Below, one piece after another: positions 28,018 to 32,456 of a stretch of DNA of 32,456 nt (the first letter of the stretch is position 1; each line of letters opens with the position of its first letter). Under the pieces are notes generated by a model. The model was given only the letters and a program-made list of their open reading frames with translations, was not told the origin of the DNA and made no database searches. The stretch is taken from NCBI GenBank assembly GCA_017408535.1, contig JAFQUL010000154.1, forward strand, positions 1 to 32,456. The letters are read 5' to 3'. Both the position numbers and the translations under genes were made by a program. The DNA comes from Clostridia bacterium (GTDB taxonomy: Bacteria > Bacillota > Clostridia > Oscillospirales > CAG-272).

Positions 28018-28614
28018 ATGGCAGTTAATCACGATCCGATTCTGAAGAAGTGCAGAGCGCTTGGTATCAGCCCCGCAGTTCTCGGATACGATAAATCGTC
28101 TAACAGAAACCCCGGTGCCGACAAGAGAAGAAAAGTTTCCAAGTACGGCACTCAGCTCAAGGAGAAGCAGAAGGTTAAGTTCATCTACGGTGTCCTTGAG
28201 AATCAGTTCCGCCACTACTATGAAATGGCAGCTAAGAAAGAGGGCATCACCGGTGAGAATCTTCTTCAGATCCTCGAGAGCCGTCTTGACAACGTTGTAT
28301 GGAGAATGGGCCTTGCTAACACCCGTCGTGAGGCAAGACAGCTCGTTACCCACGCACATTTCACTGTAAACGGACAGAAGGTTGATATTCCTTCCTACCT
28401 TGTAAAACCCGGCGACGTAATCGCTCTCAAGGAGACCAGCCGTTCTTCTGAGAAGTTCAAGGCTCTTGCAGAGGCTCTTGACACCAAGATCGTTCCCAAG
28501 TGGCTTGATCTTAACAAGGCAGCTCTCAGCGCAAAGGTAGTTGCACATTCTTCCAGAGAAGATATCGACTACGAGGTAGAAGAGCAGCACATCGTCGAGC
28601 TTTACTCCAAATAA
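28018..28614 (+). CDS. rpsD: 30S ribosomal protein S4
   Basis: 198 aa with an S4 RNA-binding domain ([31 protein letters not shown]). Confidence 0.97.
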   Translation: MAVNHDPILKKCRALGISPAVLGYDKSSNRNPGADKRRKVSKYGTQLKEKQKVKFIYGVLENQFRHYYEMAAKKEGITGENLLQILESRLDNVVWRMGLANTRREARQLVTHAHFTVNGQKVDIPSYLVKPGDVIALKETSRSSEKFKALAEALDTKIVPKWLDLNKAALSAKVVAHSSREDIDYEVEEQHIVELYSK

Positions 28615-28785
28615 TAACAGCCTCCGATATTCCTGCGGAGTGCTGTGGCTCGACGTTGACTGCGGCGCAGATATCTGCGGGATGTATCAATTCATACTTG
28701 ATCGGATCCGTGTTTTCGGGTCTGTCGTCGGCAATCGGTTTTTATTCAGATTTGCATTTAATGAAAAATTAGGAGGGTTATTACA

Positions 28786-29751
28786 TTGATCGAAATAGAA
28801 AAGCCCAACATTACAACTGTTGATCTTAGCGAAGACGGTAAATACGGCAAATTCGTCGTTGAGCCGCTCGAGCGCGGATATGGCACTACTCTCGGTAACG
28901 CTCTTCGCAGAGTGCTTCTCAGCTCTCTTCCCGGAGTTGCGGTTTCGAATATTAAGATAGACGGTGTTCTTCACGAGATATCCACCATCCCCGGCGTCAA
29001 GGAGGATGTAACGGAGATCGTTCTTAACGTAAAGGGTATTACCGCAAAGCTTCACGGTACCTCTCAGAAGATGGCTTACATCGATATGACCGGTCCCTGT
29101 GACGTGCTTGCAGGGGACATCAAGCAGGACGCAGAGCTTGAGATCCTCAATCCCGATATGCACATAGCAACTCTCAGTGACAAGACCCGCTTCTATATGG
29201 AGCTTACCTTCGACAGCGGACGCGGCTACGTGTCTCAGGAGAAGAACAAGCTTAACTTCGCGGCTGAGCAGAAGACTGCTCCCATCGGTACTATCTTTAC
29301 CGATTCTATCTATACTCCCGTTTACAACGTTAAGTATGAGGTAGAGGACACCCGCGTAGGAAACATTACCGACTACGATAAGCTTACCATCGAGATCAAT
29401 ACCAACGGTACTATCTCGGCTAAGGAAGCCATATCTCTCGCGGCCAAGATACTCAACGAGCATCTCAACTTGTTTGTGGATCTTTCTGATGAAGCAAAGA
29501 AGACGGAATTTATGGTCGAAAGCAAAGAGACCGTTAAGGAAAAGGTTCTTGAGATGACCATTGAGGAACTTGACATGTCTGTACGTAGCTTCAACTGCTT
29601 GAAGCGTGCGGGCATCGACACGGTCGAGGATCTTACCAGCAAGACGGAAGAAGAGATGATCAAGGTTCGTAACCTTGGTAAGAAGTCTCTTGAGGAAGTT
29701 ATTGCTAAGCTTCACTCACTCGGCCTTGAACTTCGTAAAGAAGACGAATAA
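28786..29751 (+). CDS. rpoA: DNA-directed RNA polymerase subunit alpha
   Basis: [29 protein letters not shown]-terminal domain [17 protein letters not shown]. 321 aa. TTG start with AGGAGGG 9 nt upstream. Confidence 0.97.
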   Translation: MIEIEKPNITTVDLSEDGKYGKFVVEPLERGYGTTLGNALRRVLLSSLPGVAVSNIKIDGVLHEISTIPGVKEDVTEIVLNVKGITAKLHGTSQKMAYIDMTGPCDVLAGDIKQDAELEILNPDMHIATLSDKTRFYMELTFDSGRGYVSQEKNKLNFAAEQKTAPIGTIFTDSIYTPVYNVKYEVEDTRVGNITDYDKLTIEINTNGTISAKEAISLAAKILNEHLNLFVDLSDEAKKTEFMVESKETVKEKVLEMTIEELDMSVRSFNCLKRAGIDTVEDLTSKTEEEMIKVRNLGKKSLEEVIAKLHSLGLELRKEDE

Positions 29752-29809
29752 TCTAAAGAGTTATAGTTATAAAGCTACAGCAAGTAGATAGTAAAAGGAG
29801 GGAAATCAA

Positions 29810-30172
29810 ATGCCCGGAACCAGAAAACTGGGAAGACCTACAGCTCATCGTAAGGCTATGCTTCGCGGACTCGTAACATACCTTCTTGAGAACGGTTCTA
29901 TCGAGACCACTCTCACCAGAGCTAAAGAGGTTAGATCCCTTGCCGAGAAGATGATCACTCTCGGTAAGAAGAATACACTCGCTTCTCGCCGTGCGGCGCT
30001 TGCATATATTACTAAAGAGGACGTTGTTAAGAAGCTCTTCGACGTAACTGCTCTTAAGTATGCAGACAGAAACGGTGGTTATACTCAGATATATAAGCTT
30101 GGTCCTCGCCGCGGCGACGGTGCCGAGATGGCTCTTATCAAGTTGGTTGATGCTGACGAGGAGAGCAAGTAA
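29810..30172 (+). CDS. rplQ: 50S ribosomal protein L17
   Basis: [29 protein letters not shown], 120 aa. Confidence 0.97.
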   Translation: MPGTRKLGRPTAHRKAMLRGLVTYLLENGSIETTLTRAKEVRSLAEKMITLGKKNTLASRRAALAYITKEDVVKKLFDVTALKYADRNGGYTQIYKLGPRRGDGAEMALIKLVDADEESK

Positions 30173-30193
30173 TCTCTGTATATAAAGCATAAT

Positions 30194-30226
30194 AAAAACC
30201 GCTACGGAATTCCGTAGCGGTTTTTT
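30194..30226. terminator. Strong Rho-independent terminator ending the ribosomal cluster
   Basis: Perfect 22-nt palindrome CCGCTACGGAATTCCGTAGCGG (30199-30220), flanked by AAAAA and TTTTTT. Confidence 0.9.
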
Positions 30227-30539
30227 GCTTTATACTGGGAGATATATACCAACCCTTAGAAGGTATATACAAAATTAAATTCTGAGTAATCAACGGTTAT
30301 CTGAGGATGTTTGAATGTCTGATTTATCGGCGGTATTAAGTTTTTTACTATTTTTCAAAACTTTTTTGCTTTTATGTGTAACCTTGAGACGTTTTTTCTG
30401 TCTATATAAGTGAAGGGAAAAATAGTTTGTCGACAATTTACTATTTTACATCATTTTATAATTTATCCGTGGAGGAAACTTGGCAGAAAACAATTTTGAT
30501 TCTGACTATCTATTTGAGACAAAGAGAAAGGCAAAAGTT

Positions 30540-32336
30540 ATGAAAAAAATTCTTTTAACGATATTTACCGCTGTTATTTTACTGTCGGTTCTTGCGGGAT
30601 GTAGTGAGAGCGATCCACAACTATCAGATAATGCGGCTGTTACAAATAAAACAGAGGGAACAACCAATAGTGATACCACCGATGTCGTAGAGCTCAAAGA
30701 ATCAGAAATAAAGGCCGAAGACAGACAGATATTTGATGACTATGTAATAAAATCCAAATATGGTCTGTCTGATGGAGAAGCAATATATCTTTGTGTGAAA
30801 AAGAACGGATCACGACAGCTCCGTTTAATGTCAGTTACATCTGACGGTGTGGCTTACGAGCTTGAGGATAGTAGGGGTAATTCCTTTGATGCAGATACCG
30901 GCGGCACTGCAGAGCTGCTTAAGGGTAGCTCTGTCGGAGAAGAGATTGAAATGTACTTTTTTGTCGAAGAAGCACTTGAGGGTTACCGAATAAAGGCACG
31001 ATCTACCGAAGACCGTATAGTACTTACCGAATGTGCCGGTGTCTCACAAAAAGAAATGCTTTCACTTGAACTTTTTCCGGAGCTGGAGCAGCACACAATA
31101 ACCTCGGTTGATAAACTGGATAAATATCGGGAGATTATAGGCAAAGCGCCGTATAACTTCTACTTTGAAATCTTTGGTACATTATTTTTGGATTGTTCTG
31201 AATTTGGTGGCATGGATATCAGTGATATTGAAGTCCGTTTTACTACTCCAATATGCGATAATACGTCTTATGTTTCATTTACAGTTACTGATTCCCAGTC
31301 AGCTACTATCCCCGACGGTAGATACGAATGGGAAATACACGGCAGAGATGAGTTATATATAAAGGAAAGAGAAGAACAGTTAGATGCGATGAGATCGAGC
31401 GAAATATATGATACCGAAGCGGTAAAAAAGCTTCTCGCTTTCTTTTCTGCATCGGGACAGTATAATACACCTACCTTCGGTAAAGGAGAATATTATCCCG
31501 GTGTAAAAGAATATATATGCTGTTATTACGGTGAAAACGGCAGAATAGCTTTTGATGACTATTGCCGTATTGCGAAGGAAGAATTTTGTATAACTGATTT
31601 TAAGGAAACGTCACCTGATAAAGACGGAATGGTATCAGCTGAAAAGCGTATAACCGGAGAACCGGCTGTTGCTGTTGCCGAGGTGAAGGAAAATGATGAC
31701 GGAGTAACGGTATATATGCAGATCTATTCTGACAAAAACTGCTTCACACGTGCTTACAGTGTGGCGTATTCCTTCTCTGAAGACGGAAAATGGCTTGGGT
31801 ATGAGATTGTTTCAATGTTTCTTAATAAGCCGCATACATTGATGTCTGTTTCTGATGATATGACAAAGCAATACGAGGCACAACTTGCTAAAGACATCTA
31901 CTCGTCTGCCGGAGAAGTGGAATATAGAGATCATATCCGGATATCGGCAGAAATCCCCGAGTATATTGAAAAGTTTAGTAACAGTAGCGCTGAGTTCAGC
32001 TTCTTCGGTTATTCGAAGGACGATGAACAGTATTATCGGGTTATAGGAGATGAAAAGCTGTTGTTGATAGGTGAGAAATACGGTATAGACTACTATTATA
32101 ATGAAAAATATGCAGACGTTCAAGATAAGACAAAGGGTGTGACTGACTCCGGATGCGAGTACATTATGATAGAGTCGGAATACAAGCCATATAATATCAG
32201 TACCTCTCATTACTCAGCTGACGTTTATATCGAGCTTAACGATAAATATATCCTTTATTTGGATATGTCATATGCCGCTTCAAACCGTGACAGCATTATA
32301 GAGATAATAAACAGCATTAAGGTAGTGGAAAAATAA
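30540..32336 (+). CDS. Large orphan lipoprotein, function unknown
   Basis: MKKILLTIFTAVILLSVLAGC with lipobox L-A-G-C, giving 598 aa from ATG 30540. The track's TTG at 30480 adds 20 non-signal residues. AT-rich (35% GC on a spot-counted line). No domain recognised. Confidence 0.75.
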   Translation: MKKILLTIFTAVILLSVLAGCSESDPQLSDNAAVTNKTEGTTNSDTTDVVELKESEIKAEDRQIFDDYVIKSKYGLSDGEAIYLCVKKNGSRQLRLMSVTSDGVAYELEDSRGNSFDADTGGTAELLKGSSVGEEIEMYFFVEEALEGYRIKARSTEDRIVLTECAGVSQKEMLSLELFPELEQHTITSVDKLDKYREIIGKAPYNFYFEIFGTLFLDCSEFGGMDISDIEVRFTTPICDNTSYVSFTVTDSQSATIPDGRYEWEIHGRDELYIKEREEQLDAMRSSEIYDTEAVKKLLAFFSASGQYNTPTFGKGEYYPGVKEYICCYYGENGRIAFDDYCRIAKEEFCITDFKETSPDKDGMVSAEKRITGEPAVAVAEVKENDDGVTVYMQIYSDKNCFTRAYSVAYSFSEDGKWLGYEIVSMFLNKPHTLMSVSDDMTKQYEAQLAKDIYSSAGEVEYRDHIRISAEIPEYIEKFSNSSAEFSFFGYSKDDEQYYRVIGDEKLLLIGEKYGIDYYYNEKYADVQDKTKGVTDSGCEYIMIESEYKPYNISTSHYSADVYIELNDKYILYLDMSYAASNRDSIIEIINSIKVVEK

Positions 32337-32366
32337 AACAAAAGGGTGCAAGAAGTTTTCTTATAC

Positions 32367-32410
32367 AAAAACCGGACGGGGCCGCGAAAAGCGGACCCGT
32401 CCGGTTTTAT
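32367..32410 (+). terminator. Rho-independent terminator after the lipoprotein gene
   Basis: Stem ACCGGACGGG (32371-32380) / CCCGTCCGGT (32396-32405) with an inner CCGC/GCGG stem, followed by TTTTAT. Confidence 0.85.
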
Positions 32411-32456
32411 AATGATATTTCCAAATATTTTTATTCCGAGAACATTACGGTGGACA

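Noticed and set aside
28666-28679. 14-nt perfect palindrome CGCAGATATCTGCG as a protein-binding site.
   Set aside because: About 2 perfect 7+7 palindromes are expected by chance in 32,456 nt at equal base frequencies, so it is not significant on its own. It is kept only as a descriptive element of the rpsD-rpoA spacer.
1-32456. Scanned for CRISPR repeats, tRNA/rRNA genes, transposase or integrase genes, long direct or terminal inverted repeats, and defence-system hallmarks.
   Set aside because: None was seen by eye. All ORFs above 150 aa that are not antisense shadows are accounted for by the annotated genes.

Overview
This 32.5-kb window appears to come from a Clostridia-class Firmicute; this is an inference from gene content and order, and no search was possible. 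About half of it (14,290-30,226, + strand) is one uninterrupted S10-spc-alpha ribosomal protein cluster in canonical order: rpsJ-rplCDWB-rpsS-rplV-rpsC-rplP-rpmC-rpsQ / rplNXE-rpsN(Z)-rpsH-rplFR-rpsE-rpmD-rplO-secY-adk-map-infA-rpmJ / rpsMKD-rpoA-rplQ. It has a near-consensus promoter, a leader of about 280 nt and a strong terminator. rpmD (59 aa) and rpmJ (37 aa) are absent from the ORF track and were found by hand translation. To the left lie a minus-strand housekeeping operon (class I aminotransferase, trpS, WecA/TagO-type GT4 transferase, DUF4349-like lipoprotein), typA/bipA, a cysteine desulfurase, an SDR oxidoreductase, an ArsR-type regulator with a large unknown N-terminal domain, and an HD hydrolase plus a small zinc-ribbon protein. 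Three visibly AT-richer accessory pieces stand out, at roughly 28-43% GC on spot-counted 60-nt lines versus about 48% on a line of the ribosomal genes. They are an XRE-HTH regulator with a long helical C-terminal domain (198-1322), a terminator-bounded SLOG(DUF1273)/ribbon-helix-helix gene pair (8497-9501), and an orphan 598-aa lipoprotein after rplQ (30540-32336), preceded by a 32-codon hydrophobic sORF with a good Shine-Dalgarno. I saw no tRNA, rRNA, CRISPR array, transposase or integrase. I do not see a convincing multi-gene novel system. The items most worth follow-up are structured non-coding spacers inside the ribosomal cluster (the rpsJ leader and the 149-nt rpsN-rpsH spacer), the SLOG/RHH islet, the RRNPP-like regulator, and the sORF plus orphan lipoprotein. 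All family assignments rest on recognised motifs and gene order only.
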